From Basidiobolus meristosporus CBS 931.73 (lineage: Eukaryota; Fungi; Basidiobolomycota): a stretch of 64,000 bases of DNA. Within the stretch, counting starts at the first letter, position 1. The number at the start of each line of letters is the position of its first letter. The DNA lies in contig MCFE01000039.1 in assembly GCA_002104905.1 (NCBI GenBank), forward strand, positions 62,001-126,000. The letters are read 5' to 3'. Both the position numbers and the translations under genes were made by a program. A model generated the notes under the pieces. That model was given only the letters and a program-made list of their open reading frames with translations, was not told where the DNA came from and ran no database searches. Of the stretch, positions 37,369 to 50,062 are shown piece after piece.

Positions 37369-38438
37369 TGTAGTGGGGTGACAGTGACACCTACTGACAG
37401 ATGTGCTCATTCCCATATTCTCTACTTCCCTCTATCTCTACTACACTTATTTTAGTTTTATCCCATTTGTCTTACCTGATCAGTGCTATCCCATAAGCTG
37501 GTTGACTATCACACCTGCTTACCTTATTGCATAAGCTACCCCTCACTTTATGTAAGATTACTAGATATAAGTGCTTCTATATTAGGCAAGTACCTGCACC
37601 AGCACCCAAGACACATGATCAATCTGTGTCACCATCCCTACCATTTCCATACCATATATGGTATCCTTATGTTACAAAGGTGTCAGAATACTGATTCCTG
37701 ATTGGTTGGATGTGCTGTGCCTCTTGGAACCTTCTGGCACCTTCTTAGAACATTCTTAGGTCATTCTGATGTTATAAGATTTCTACTGATATCCAGAACC
37801 TTCTAGAACACCATGATTAGTAATAACTTAGCCAGTAGGAAAAGTATACAAGGGAGGCTATCCCTCAGCAATAAATCATCATCCCTTTTATCAATATACC
37901 AACTTGTGGAATAGTGTGATCACTGCTACCTGCTGCTACCTAAACTCCCAGCCCCAGACCACAGGACACTCCCAGGAAACCTTGCTGACAGCCCACTGAC
38001 CTTGGAGGTACTACTTGTGAGGAGTTCTCAGAGTAGGTATCTTTTATTATATTTGATTCTTTCCCAACCTTGTTCTTGTAGAGGCAAAGATACTTTTCTG
38101 TCTTTGTAACTATTGACCACATCTGCATTCTTATCAAGTCCCTGCTTGTGGAGTTTACAGTTGTTTTGACTTTGGAAGCTTTAGTACATTGTCATCTCAA
38201 AGGATACTGAACCCAGCACATACTTTTGCTAAGATGCCAACTAAGTTGGGGATTGTAGCTCAATAGTTTTCCCTTGACAAGCTTGTGGCTTTATTCCCCA
38301 TCACATTAGATTAGAGACAGAACCCAAGTATACCTAGCAAGCTTTTGCCAGAGGTTATCGCACCCAGTGAACACCCCACACACAAAACACTTGAGAAGTG
38401 TTGGACATATCTCTCCCTAGGACTTATACACCACAACA
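37369..38438 (+). repeat. Solo LTR, Gypsy family B, 1070 bp, 4-bp TSD ACGG/ATGG
   Basis: TGTAGTGGGG...CACAACA. The flanks rejoin into the CACTA sequence also seen at 38810-38860. Confidence 0.85.
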
Positions 38439-39937
38439 ATGGACTTGATGGTAATATTCTTGATGAGATTGGGATATGGAAATACCTGCAACTTGACTTG
38501 GCTTCCTATCCCCTCAAACATCTGCTCCACAGGAAACTCCAAAAGGTGAAGCAAGGTCCAGTAATCTCAACACACCAAGCAAGAAGGAGTAGTAAGTGGA
38601 TACATTAGCAGTAGAGATCTACACATGCAGCTTTATATTTGTAGTGTAGCTGCTCAAATCCCATTAAAAACTCTTCTCAAAAGCTGCACTACCTAACTGA
38701 TTACCCATGTATTGGAGCTGCTTAGCTTCTAATGCCATAGGCATAGGTACCTCCATATGCACATCTGTCCTCAGACTTTTCCAACTCATCCTGGCTGTCC
38801 TCCATGTGCCATTTCATCACATCCATGACGTACTTGAAGGTATTAATCTTGATGAGATTGGGATGTAGTAGCACCTGCAACTTGACTTGACTTTCTATCT
38901 CCCCACTCATTTAATCCAAAGGAAACTCCCAAAAGGGGGAGCAAGGCCCATTATTCTCCATACACCAAGCAAGATGGAGTCAATAATAAATACAGTAACA
39001 GCAGTGATCTCCAAGTTCAGATGTGTGCTTGTAGTATAACCATGGAAATCCCATTGCAAACTCCTTACACAACAGCTGTAGATGTTTCTAGTTGGCATTG
39101 GTGATCTGCTTTTGGATAAATATTCCTACAATGTACACATATCACTCCCAATGCTTCCAATGCACTCTTGGTAGGAATGGCTTTAGAATGTTGTAATATA
39201 AATACTACTTTTACATTCAATAAATCATTAAGTGAAACCACATAATCTACTTGTCCTCCCAATCACTTCCAATATCTCCAAGACTCTTACAACACAGAAC
39301 ACCACTTGAATAAGTATATATCCATTCATCCAGTCTTTGTATTGTTGCATATGTGTATGAATATTGATTGGAGCCTGTGACAAGTACTTAGGGTAGCAGA
39401 TACACTGTAATATCTTGCCCATTCTTTCAAATTTCTCTGGTGTCTTGAAGGGCTTATTTAGCTTGAAATGCCCCATGTACAACTTTGTCATCAGTATAGG
39501 GATATTGCTGAAAAGTAAATGCATTGCTCCCAGTGGAAAGCTTTTGTTCCAATAGATACACTCTATCTTATATATCTCTGATTTCCAATTGATTCCATAT
39601 TCCAGCCATTGGCTTATAGCTTGCCAACTTTGCTGCAGTTGAATGCTGACTTCTGTACATTCTCTCTGTAGCAAGATAATGTTTTTAGTATTGACATTTG
39701 GGTAATAATACTTTGTGTTTTTTTTTGAAGTAAATCCCCTGAATCTCACTCATTTGGCAGCAATACTGTGCATTATGCCCAGAAAAGCCAGCTATCTTGC
39801 TGATGGCTGGGGTAACCTCAACACAGATAACAATATACACTAGTACATGACAGCCATTTACTGTTATCCTGCTGGAAAGCATACAAAATTCATCCAGCAA
39901 TGGATATAGGTAACTATCCAGGTTGAATGGTGATTTA

Positions 39938-42900
39938 TGTTGTAATAATTAAGTTGTCACTAAAATATTCATGCTAACTTAGTCACATAGACCTTATTCT
40001 CTGATTAGCATTTTGTCCTGACCAAATTTCTTGTTGGGATTTACTTAGAATATTTTCACCAAATTGTCAGGTACCCAAATTATTATTTTTCTCAAAGTCA
40101 TCCAAAAGACCCCAAACTTTGCACACATATTCTTGGGACCTTCCCTAACAAACTCTACATATTTGTTTGCTCTACTTTATCAAAAGTATTATTACCATAC
40201 TTTTGATCAATAAATCTACAAGTGAATAACATGTAAATCCTCTAGTTCTCCACATCACTTCCAATACTCCACAGAATATTGCAACAGGTTATGAGCCCCA
40301 AGCTTGCTATCCTCTTGGTGTCTACTTTGCTTTGTATCCTTTTCTGCTAGTCTGGAGGAAGACTTTCCGCACTATTGCTCAGCCAATGTTAAAGAAGACT
40401 ACCGCTGCTATGGGACTATGTTTATGAGGATATTGCTGTGGAGAAGGAGGCCGTGCCTTCAAAAGATGCCTTCAGTATCTACTCAAGTTAGTTATGTAGA
40501 AGAGTCAATCAAACTGGCACGTAATTATGTCAGGAAGTATAATATGTTGGTGCTCTACCACTACTGAAGAAAATTGCGTAATTCCAGCAATTGAGGGTCC
40601 AAATCTACAATGAAATATACTGCAATATGTATTCATATGACCCCAATTGACTGTTAGACAAGTCTTTGGATAGGACTATATCCTGAATTGCAAAAAAAGT
40701 ATAGATCATTATTGAATGATTGCCAGAGGAGGTTTTTACCAAGATCTGTTGCCACTCAAAATACAGCTGAGAATGCAAATACTGGAGCTGTTAACTGCCA
40801 ATGCAGACAATCTATTGATGGAAAAAGATCTCAGAGACAAGCTCCCTCAGTTGTAAGGATCCCAATGATATACAATACATATATATCCACCTGGAGTACA
40901 GATATGTACTGCACATTCCATTGGAAGAATGCTATAATTGGATCAAGTGTTTTGATACTGAGACCAGTGTACCCAGAGCTAAATATGGAGCTGTCAGATG
41001 TGCTATCACTCTGTTTAAGTCCCAAAGCAGTGGGAGAATGTATTATACAAATTGAGCAAGATCAACTCAAGAAGATTCTACCACCAGCCAAAGGAGTGAA
41101 GCATATAATTGCAAGCCTGATTGGGGTATGCAACCAAGCAGCAGTTGGTCAGTGCACAGCTAAGAGCCACTCAGAAAATCACATAGTACTTTATACTTAG
41201 TATATGTATATATATCACTTATTACAGTGGGAGAAAACATTTGGTGATGTTTAACTTCTCTGGATCACTTCAGAAGAATTTTGATTGATCAAATCACCAC
41301 CAAGCTCTTCAACTCAAGATACTGATATATTGGAGTCTGATATCAAAGTATTGATGAAGCTAGCTATTAAATGCAGCTTATTTGATCAAATTTGGTCAAC
41401 TCTATCCAAAGTTATAACTGTTCTTAGTGGATGTCAATTTCAATTACTTCACTCTCAAATAGTCAGATATTCTGGAACAATGATGTCATGGAGACTCTTG
41501 TGCTCAAAAACACCGTGGTCCCACCTGCAAGAAAGTCCAGAATTACCCCACAAAAGGAATTATCCCTGGGTCATCAGCAGAAAAAGAAAAGAAGAAAAAA
41601 TGGAAAATACTACTACCGCAAACTAGGGTACTTCCCAAATGGAGCCAAAACTTATGTAGGCCATATTTGGACTATATGGCAATGCAGATATGCTCTATGG
41701 AGCCTCTTGTACAAAGTTCTCAAGCCAGAAATCCTAAGAAGAGCCTTGAAACTTCAACAGGATCTGTCAGATATTGTAGTTTATATCAAAACAGATTATT
41801 TAATGCAGAAGTCTTAATGTCTGCTGTCTATGGAGCTGAAAGAAAAAGGTGCAAGGATCAACCTAGGTGGTTTTTATGGATTCTGCAGACACTGAGAAGA
41901 TCTGTTAGCCTTTCAAACCAACCTCAAGGTTGAAAATAACTATCAGGAGAATAAGGATAATCAAAGCCCTTGTTAAGGAGAATATCACTTCTGAAAAAGT
42001 GCCAATCACTATTCTGCAAGTATATTCTGAAAAGACAAAAGCAGCTGTATCAATCCAAATCAGTAGAAGCACTCTAAGAAGAGCTACCAAACAACCTATG
42101 GTGCTTTCCAATACCAACCTGGGTAAATCAAGAAGCAAATGGACTTTGAATCCACCGCAAATGAAGTAATCAGTCCTAAGAAAGTTATTGCTACTTAAAG
42201 AAGACAAAGATGACCATTCTAAATCATTTTTGTGGATTTGAATCACTAAACAGACTTGGTTCAAGTGGGAGCAGGCAATCCCAGCTCAGAGTTGAGCAAA
42301 AACCTTTTTTTGGCCAAGTCTGTATGTGCCGCTGTGCCAGGAAATGAAGATAATCCAGATCAGGCATAAATGACAAAACCTTAACTTGGCCCAATATAGG
42401 TCATTTCTTTTACCTCATATAGGGTCTATATGATGGAAGTAACTGTCCCAGAGCCAAATATGGACATAGAGTGAAGTTGTCTAAGTGAATTAGGTGTTTG
42501 CCCAGAAACAAGGAAACTCCAGATCTGCCGTAAATGACAAAACCTTAACCTGACTAAAAGTGGGTCAATTTTGCTCAAATAAGCAGCATTCAATAGCCCA
42601 GAGGCTATATATCAGTATTACAATCTAACAATTAGACTTGGGGCAATATTCAATCTTGTACAACTGATCAAAACTAACGGTTAGTATTTTGATCAGATCA
42701 TTCTGATTTTTAGGCATACTTCAAAGTAGATATGCACACTGAGTTACAAGTTTTTTTTCTTGTTCAAATAAGCTGAACACAAGTGCATATACTGTTGGAT
42801 AATATATTAGCCCAGTATGCAACACAGCCAAGTTTTATACACTTATTGCAGATTGCACAATCTCAAAATGTATTTATTACTGATGAATATTTTGTTGAGT

Positions 42901-43254
42901 GGGAGTGTTGTAATTATTAAGTTGTCACCAGATTATTCATGCTAACTTAGTCACATAGACCTTATTCTCTGACTGGCATTTTGTCCTGACCAAATTTCTT
43001 GTTAGGATTTACTTAGAATATTTTCACCAAATTGTCAGGTACCCAGATTATTATTTTTCTCAAAGTTGTCCAAAAGACTCCAAACTTTGCACACATATTC
43101 TTGGGACCTTGCTTAACAAACTCTACATGTTTGCTTGCTCTACTTTATCAAAAGTACTATTACCATACTTTTGATCAATAAATCTACAAGTGAATAACAT
43201 GTAAATCCTCTAATTCTCCACATCACTTCCAATACTCCTCAGAATATTGCAACA
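39938..43254 (+). mobile_element. Internally deleted Ty1/Copia element (family C), 349-bp LTRs, TSD ATTTA
   Basis: LTRs 39938-40286 and 42906-43254. PBS GGTTATGAGCCC at 40287; PPT GAGTGGGAG. ATTTA at 39933-37 and 43255-59. gag/integrase-like relics, no RT. Confidence 0.9.
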
Positions 43255-44386
43255 ATTTAGGCCCAGATACCAGCAAGACTACCTTCTGAAATTTGCTCTG
43301 ATATAGTAAGATAGGCAGCAGATTCAGGTTGATGAGAATCAGTGGCCAGCAGGATTTACTAGTAAAGTACTTGTTTAATGAGAATCCATCAAGTGCTAAG
43401 GCAAAGGCACAGTAATACATACCTTCAAAGTAGCACTTGCTTCTGAGCTGTTTGTAATGTTTGCCATCAAATATATTAGATATGTTTGCACTTGATTGAT
43501 ACTGAGTACAGCACTTTATAGCTTTGCAATATTTGTTGGACTGCATGAGCTTCTTTAGACAGGGTATTACCAGAATATACTTGGAGTGTGAATAATGTTT
43601 TCCCTCAATGGTGGTGGGCTCCTGACAGTTAGGACAGGTTGCAATGATGGCATTTTAGGATGTGAATACTATGCAACTGTTAACAAATGCTGAAATCAGG
43701 ACAGTCTCTGGGTCATATTTTGCCAGCCACATGAAGGTTGTCCACTTGCACCATGTACATGTTAAGTTGCATTCCAGAATGATTTTGGCATGAAGTAGTA
43801 TTAAATCCTCAAAGCCTCAATTACTGATATTAGTGGAAACATGCCACTTCTCTAGCCACAACATTACATCATTCACCAGTAGATGGATAACTGGGCTCAC
43901 TTGGCTACATAAAGTATCCTTAGCAATTGTTTCAATGGGTGTTGTCTGATTGGATATTGGGACTTGACCAGGCTCTTGTGTGGTACTGTTGTCAGGGGAG
44001 ATAGGCTCACAATCCATTAGTGAGCCTTTTTTGTCAGGGCTATCACTCTGCAGGCCATTTTCAGAAGTCTGAGGTGAGCCTAAAGGTGTCACAAACTCAA
44101 CTGACTCAGTTTGCACAAGGTGAGAAAGATGGCCAGCTGCCAATATAGAAGTATCAAGTGGCCAGTAAGATAATGCTGTTACAGTACTGACTGATGAATG
44201 GTCAAATATGACTTGTGTGGCAAAACACTGGCCATGATCCTTGCAATACATCCTATACTGTCTTCATGTTTCATGGCTGAGAGGCTTGCTCAATAGCCGC
44301 ATGGTCTTTTTTCTCTTCTCTTACAGCATTGAATCAAAGTAGTCTTGTCCATGGGGCAATCAGTTTGACCTTCAGCAACATAATGC

Positions 44387-45457
44387 TGTAATGGGGTCAC
44401 AGTGACACCCACTAAAAGATGTGCTCATTCCCATATTTTCTACTTCCCTATTTTGCAACTGCACATATTTTAGTTTTATCCCAGTTGTCTTACTTGATCA
44501 GTACTATCCCATAAGCTGGTTGACTATCACACCTGCTTACCTTATTGCATAAGTTATCCCTCACTTTATGTAAGAATGCTAGCTATAGGTGCTTCTATAT
44601 TAGGCAAGTACCCACACCAGTACCTGTGACACATGATCAACTTGTGCCACCATCCCTCCCATTTCCATACCATATATGGTATTCCTATCTTACACAGGTT
44701 TCAGAGTACTGATTCCTGATTGGTTGGATGTGCTGTGCCTCTTGGAACCTTCCAGCACCTACTTAGAATACTCCTAGCTCATTCTGATGTCATTAAGATT
44801 TCTATTGGTTTCCAGAACCTTCTGGAACACCATGATTGGTAATCACTTAGCCAGTGAGAAAAGTATAGAGGGGAGGCATTCCCTCTACAATAAATCATCA
44901 TCCCTTTTATCAATATATCAACTTGTTGATTGGTGTGATCATTGCTACCTGCTGCTACCTGAACTTCCAACCCCAGACCACAGGACACTCCCAGGAAGCT
45001 GTGCTGACAGCCAACTGACCTTGGAGGCACTACTTGTGAGGAATGCTCAGAGTAGGTATCTTTTATTATATTTGATTCTTTCCCAAGTTTGTTCTTGTAC
45101 AGGCAAAGATACTCTTCTGTCTTTGTAACTATTGACCACTGCTGCATACTTATCAAGTCCCTGCTGGTGGAGTTTACAGTTGTTTTGACTTTGGAAGCTT
45201 TAGTACATTGTCATCTCAAAGGATACTGAACCCAGCACATACTTTTGCTAAGATGCCAACTAAGTTGGGGATTGTAGCTCAATAGTTTTCCCTTGACAAG
45301 CTTGTTGCTTTATTCCCCATCACATTAGATTAGAGACAGAACCCAAGTATTCCTAGCAAGCTTTTGCCAGATGTTATTGCACCCAGTGAACACCCCATAC
45401 ACAAAACACTTGAGAAGTGTTGGACATATTTCTCCCTTGGACTTATACACCACCACA
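44387..45457 (+). repeat. Solo LTR, Gypsy family B, 1071 bp, 4-bp TSD ATGC
   Basis: TGTAATGGGG...CACCACA with ATGC on both sides. Collinear with 37369-38438. Confidence 0.85.
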
Positions 45458-45647
45458 ATGCTGCTATATCACTTTTTGGTCAATACTCATGTGAACTTAA
45501 GTCAGTCTTGTATTTGAGACATTGCACCTACATGAATGTAAGATTCAATGATGACCTGCCATTGTAAGCATTATAAATCAAGTTGTGGCACCACACACAT
45601 ATATATGTAGCACTATTTCCCCTTTGGTCTGACTCACTTGCATATAT

Positions 45648-46959
45648 ATGCCTTCAAAAAATAAAGCAAGGTTGTCTGGTTCCCAACCAGACCCCACTAC
45701 TGATGGCAGCAGAACAATGGTTGGACAACAGCTTGCTTGGACTTTGAGTGCCACAAGTGGGGCTACATCCAAAAAAGGCCCTGTGGACAGTGTGCCCACT
45801 GAAGGGAATAGTGCAGACTCCTCAGGCTCTCAGTCAAGTAGGCTGTTGAGAACCTCTGTGGAGCCGCAAGCTGCCCATTATACTCAGGCAGATGAGAATG
45901 CAGCAAATACAGTATCCTCAGTCAAAGACCAGCAAGTGGCTGTCATGACATCAGCACTAGCTATGTTAGCAAGTATGTTGGCAGCTCATACCAAAGCTTT
46001 AGTGAAGCAATTTGGTGCAATGGCTGATAGGATAGATGTAATATCCCAGAGATATCAGGAAATAGTCCAGAAGCAGGATAAGCAGATGAAAAATGTAGAG
46101 CAATCAATATCCCAGGTTGAGAAAGCTGCAAAAAAGCAACTCAAGTAGCTCAATGTCACAGCCAAGATTTGAGCCATCTCCCAATGTGACAGCAGAGGAA
46201 CACTGTACAGTCTTTGAAGCACAACAACAGTGCCCAAAGATAAAGCACACAGAAAAACCAATTGCAGCATGGGAGGGAGACAGTGTGGTGTTTATACCAA
46301 AGCCTAAAAATAAAAAGACATAGAAGATTTGTGAAGCTGTTGAGTGCAATAATGAATAGTGGGCTATTATTCCAGAGGCTGTCAGAAGTCTAGCACACCA
46401 TCACCTTAAAGGCAGCTTACTATGGGACCTTCAGGAACTCAAGGCCAAGCAGAATGTGGTTGACTTGCTTCATGAGCTTTATCCTGGACTCAAACAGGCA
46501 AACAGATTCTGGACCAGCATTAGAATGCTAAGAAAGTTTCTTAAGAACAGCAGAAACTATCTAAGGCAGAAGAACAAAGGTGCCATGGTTAAAAACCAGT
46601 GGATTCCTCAAGGGCCTGTTACAAGCAGGGCCAAAAGATCCAAACAAGTGTCAAAGAAACAACAGGTAGCTGAAAGAGTGCCAATAGGGGCCAAGCAGGC
46701 AGACACAGATGCACCAGTATCTCATTTATCAAGGAAAAAGCTTGGTATCACTCAAGAAGTGCTCAGTCAAAGTAGCAGTGAAGGGCCTGGCAGGGATAAA
46801 AACCAGCAGCTTTCTCAGGAGCCCATCACAACTACAGCAGAGAGCTTGAAACAAGTGGAAAACAAATGTCAGGTTGCTAGGAGAGTGCTGGCAAGAGACA
46901 AGCAAGCCAATGCAGATGTGTTAGAGCAGAATTTATCAAGGAGGAAACATAGTTCATGA
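45648..46959 (+). pseudogene. Divergent accessory ORF of the CACTA element (coiled-coil, low-complexity protein)
   Basis: MPSKNK.. start is shared with the copy at 36183. Broken ORFs at 45648-46148, 46117-46323 and 46456-46959. TATAAAT upstream in both copies. Confidence 0.55.
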
Positions 46960-47093
46960 CAAGAAGCTCTCAGACAAAGCTGCAGTGAAAGATCTGGTAG
47001 TGATAAAGGAAAAGGTAAATGGAAAAATATCTACCAAAGCCTGAGACATGGAAGCCTGCATGAAAAACTGCAGTTCTCCCCAGTTGATGCCGC

Positions 47094-47480
47094 TGTAGTG
47101 GGGTGACAGTGACACCCACTGACAGATATGCTCATTCCCATATTTTCTACTTCTCTATATCTCTACTACACTTATTTTAGTTTTATCCCATTTGTCTTAC
47201 CTGATCAGTACTATCCCATAAGCCGGGTCAACTATCACATCTGCTTACCTTATAGCATAAGTTATCCCTCACTTTATGTAAGAATGCTAGCTGTAAGTGC
47301 TTCCATATTAGGCAAGTACCTGTGCCAGTACCTGTGACACATGATCAACCCATGTCACCATCACTACTATTTTCATACTATATATGGTATCCCTATGTTA
47401 CACAAGTTTCAGAGCACTGATTCCTGATTGGTTGGATGTGCTGTGCCTCTTAGAACCTTCCAGCACCTACTTAGAATACT
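47094..47480 (+). repeat. Truncated family B LTR
   Basis: Matches the first ~390 bp of 44387. Confidence 0.8.
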
Positions 47481-47481
47481 C

Positions 47482-48627
47482 ACTGATGAATATTTTGTTG
47501 AGTGGGAGTGTGGTAATTATTAAGTTGTCACCAGAATATTCATGCTAACTTAGTCACATAGACCTTATTCTCTGATTAGCATTTTGTCCTGACCAAATTT
47601 CTTGTTAGGATTTACTTAGAATATTTTCACCAAATTGTCAGGTACCCGGATTATTATTTTTCTCAAGGTCATCCAAAAGACCCCAAACTTTGCACACATA
47701 TTCTTGGGACCTTTCTTAACAGACTCTACAAGTTTGTTTGCTCTACTTTATCCAAAGTATCAATACCATACTTTTGATCAATAAATCTACAAGTGAATAA
47801 CATGTAAATCCTCTAGTTCTCCACATCACTTCCAATACTCCTCAGAATATTGCAGCAAGCTCCACTACAGGATACACCTTTTTTTACTCTAAAGGAGCAA
47901 TTTCATGGAATTCAAGAAAGCAACTAACCATAGAACTTTCAACCACAGGGGCAGAGTACATGGCAGCCTGTGAAGCTACAAAAGAAACAATGTGGTTAAG
48001 AAAGCTTTTTACAGATTTAGGCCTATGTCAAAAAACGCCTATTACTTTATTTCAAGATAATTAAGGATATATACTATTAGGTAGAAATCCAACTTTTCAT
48101 GCTAGAACTAAGCACATAGATATTAGACATCATTTCATATGTGAAGTTATAGAGAATAACTGAGTTAGCTTAGTTTACCTTCCTTCAGATGAAATGATTG
48201 CAGACATATTTATCAAACCATTAGCTAGAGACAAGTTTGAATATCTTAGGTCAAAATTAGGACTAGTCAGTATGAACATTTAGCTGAGTGGGAGTGTTGT
48301 AAAAGTTTGTAAGTCCACCTAAATACTCACCTAACTTAGTCACTTAGATCAATACCTTCAAATCCTAGAGAATACTGACCAAATTCCTTGTCAGGATTTA
48401 CCTAGAATATTTACCCAGAACATGAAAATTCTCAAAGTTGTCCAAACAGCCCCACACTTTGCACACATGTTCTTGGGGCCTTCCTTAACCCATTCTACAT
48501 GTTTGTTATGCTAAGACCATGTAAAAGTATAAATACTACTTTTACACTCAATAAATTATAGAGTGAAAACCACATAATCTACTTGTCCTCCCAGTCACTT
48601 CCAATATCTCCAAAGACTCTTACAACA
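47482..48627 (+). mobile_element. Copia fragments: family C PPT+LTR (47509-47857), RNase H relic (~47870-48285), PPT+related LTR (48295-48627)
   Basis: GAISWNSRKQ..ELSTTGAEY..ARTKHIDIRHHF..MIADIFIKPL. GAGTGGGAG precedes both LTRs. Confidence 0.85.
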
Positions 48628-49652
48628 GTAAACAGCCCCTCTAGTCCTCCAAATCACATCTAGTGTACCTCAGAACCTTGCAGTAACACTGATGTAGATT
48701 TAGGGCATAATTTAGAACACATAAGGTCAACTATTGGAAGGACTTACCTGTGATAGGTTTCCTAAAATTCAAGAAACCTGACAACCATAGAACTTTCCAT
48801 TACAGAGTATACTATCCAGTGATCTAAAGGAGCCATCTGAGAGAAATTTAGAACTGTCAACACTACTACAGTCTAGTGCTGAAGCAAAATAAATGGCTGC
48901 CTGTGATGAAAGATATACTGGACTATGGTTAAGAAAGCTTCTGTTATATAACAAGTTGATCATATTTGTCTACAATGAGATAGAAGGCCTGCTTTCCATT
49001 AGTTAATTAGTCAACTTGTATGAACTATATACACCCCATGGGAAATAGTAATACATAGATAATTAGGTGGTCAACTAGTTACTCACAGCAACCACTATTA
49101 GTGTAGTAATATACCAGCACTTAGTTCCCCAATTCCACTGCAATTCAAGAAGCTAGAGTAAAGGCACTTGATTAACCCTGATCAAAGCATATGCGCAACT
49201 AGGAGTGATATTATGCATTCAGGGCAAGAATCAAAGAGCACTTCAGAAAGTAGTAACAGATGGGAAATGAACTTGAAGGAATAGGAATTTGCGAGCTGAT
49301 TGATTGACATGGTCAACACTTACTGGTAGTAAGCAGCATCACAAAATTGGCCAGTTGTGTCGCGCTTCTCTAAAACATTATTGCCAAATTAACATCCGCC
49401 AACCAGTGCCCCACTATTGGCAACAGTCGAATCAGAGTCGATTTGCAAGAATCATAAATCATATATGGCAAACCGCCATTGCCACCAAATACAACTTTGG
49501 GTGCATCCTAGCCAGTTAGCCGACCAGACCACCAACCGCACACGACGCCTTGCATCTTGCACCCACCACGGGATGTGCGTGAAAGGGGGATTTATTGAAG
49601 CGAATCACAATCACGAATACAGCACTTTACCTGGGATAGTTGATTGATAGGT

Positions 49653-49793
49653 CTTGATATCCTTCATTCTTCACTCACAAACTGAATGATACGCTTAGTA
49701 GACTAGGCCTTGATATCCTTCATTCTTCACTCACAAACTGAATGATGCGCTTAGTTGACTAGACCTTGATATCCTTCATTCCTCACTCACAAA
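49653..49793. repeat. 56-bp tandem repeat, ~2.5 copies
   Basis: CTTGATATCCTTCATTCTTCACTCACAAACTGAATGAT(A/G)CGCTTAGT(A/T)GACTAG starts at 49653, 49709 and 49765. Confidence 0.9.
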
Positions 49794-50062
49794 GTGACCG
49801 ATGCGCACACAACATGTTGAATGTACTTGCTGCTTGGACTCGAGATCAAGCGAAAAAGAACTGACATATTTGATCTAATAAATTATTTACTTCTCAGCCA
49901 TAATACCAGCAATACCTTGGGGTACCGTCTCAAGATAGTACCAATATCCTCTTGATATTCTTGAATAAATCTTTCAAACAGCAAAAGGTCGTAGTTGCAA
50001 ATTGTTCAAACATAGAAAGTAACTCGTACGACGGAAAACATGAAAAAATGGTGGAACAGTGG

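Larger units (their letters stand above)
36520..47050 (-). mobile_element. Decayed CACTA/EnSpm element copy 2, interrupted by two solo LTRs and a Copia
   Basis: Transposase_21-like SNIFDGKHY..LALDGF..CWPLILINLNL..VSGPK (43223-43546). It rejoins across the Copia as GPKSPFNLDSYLYPLLDEF, then DTPAISKIAGFSGHN..C and GAMHLLFSNIP..GHFK. Confidence 0.85.

Noticed and set aside
49653-49793. Possible CRISPR-like array
   Set aside because: The units are contiguous with no unique spacers, the context is eukaryotic and there are no cas genes.
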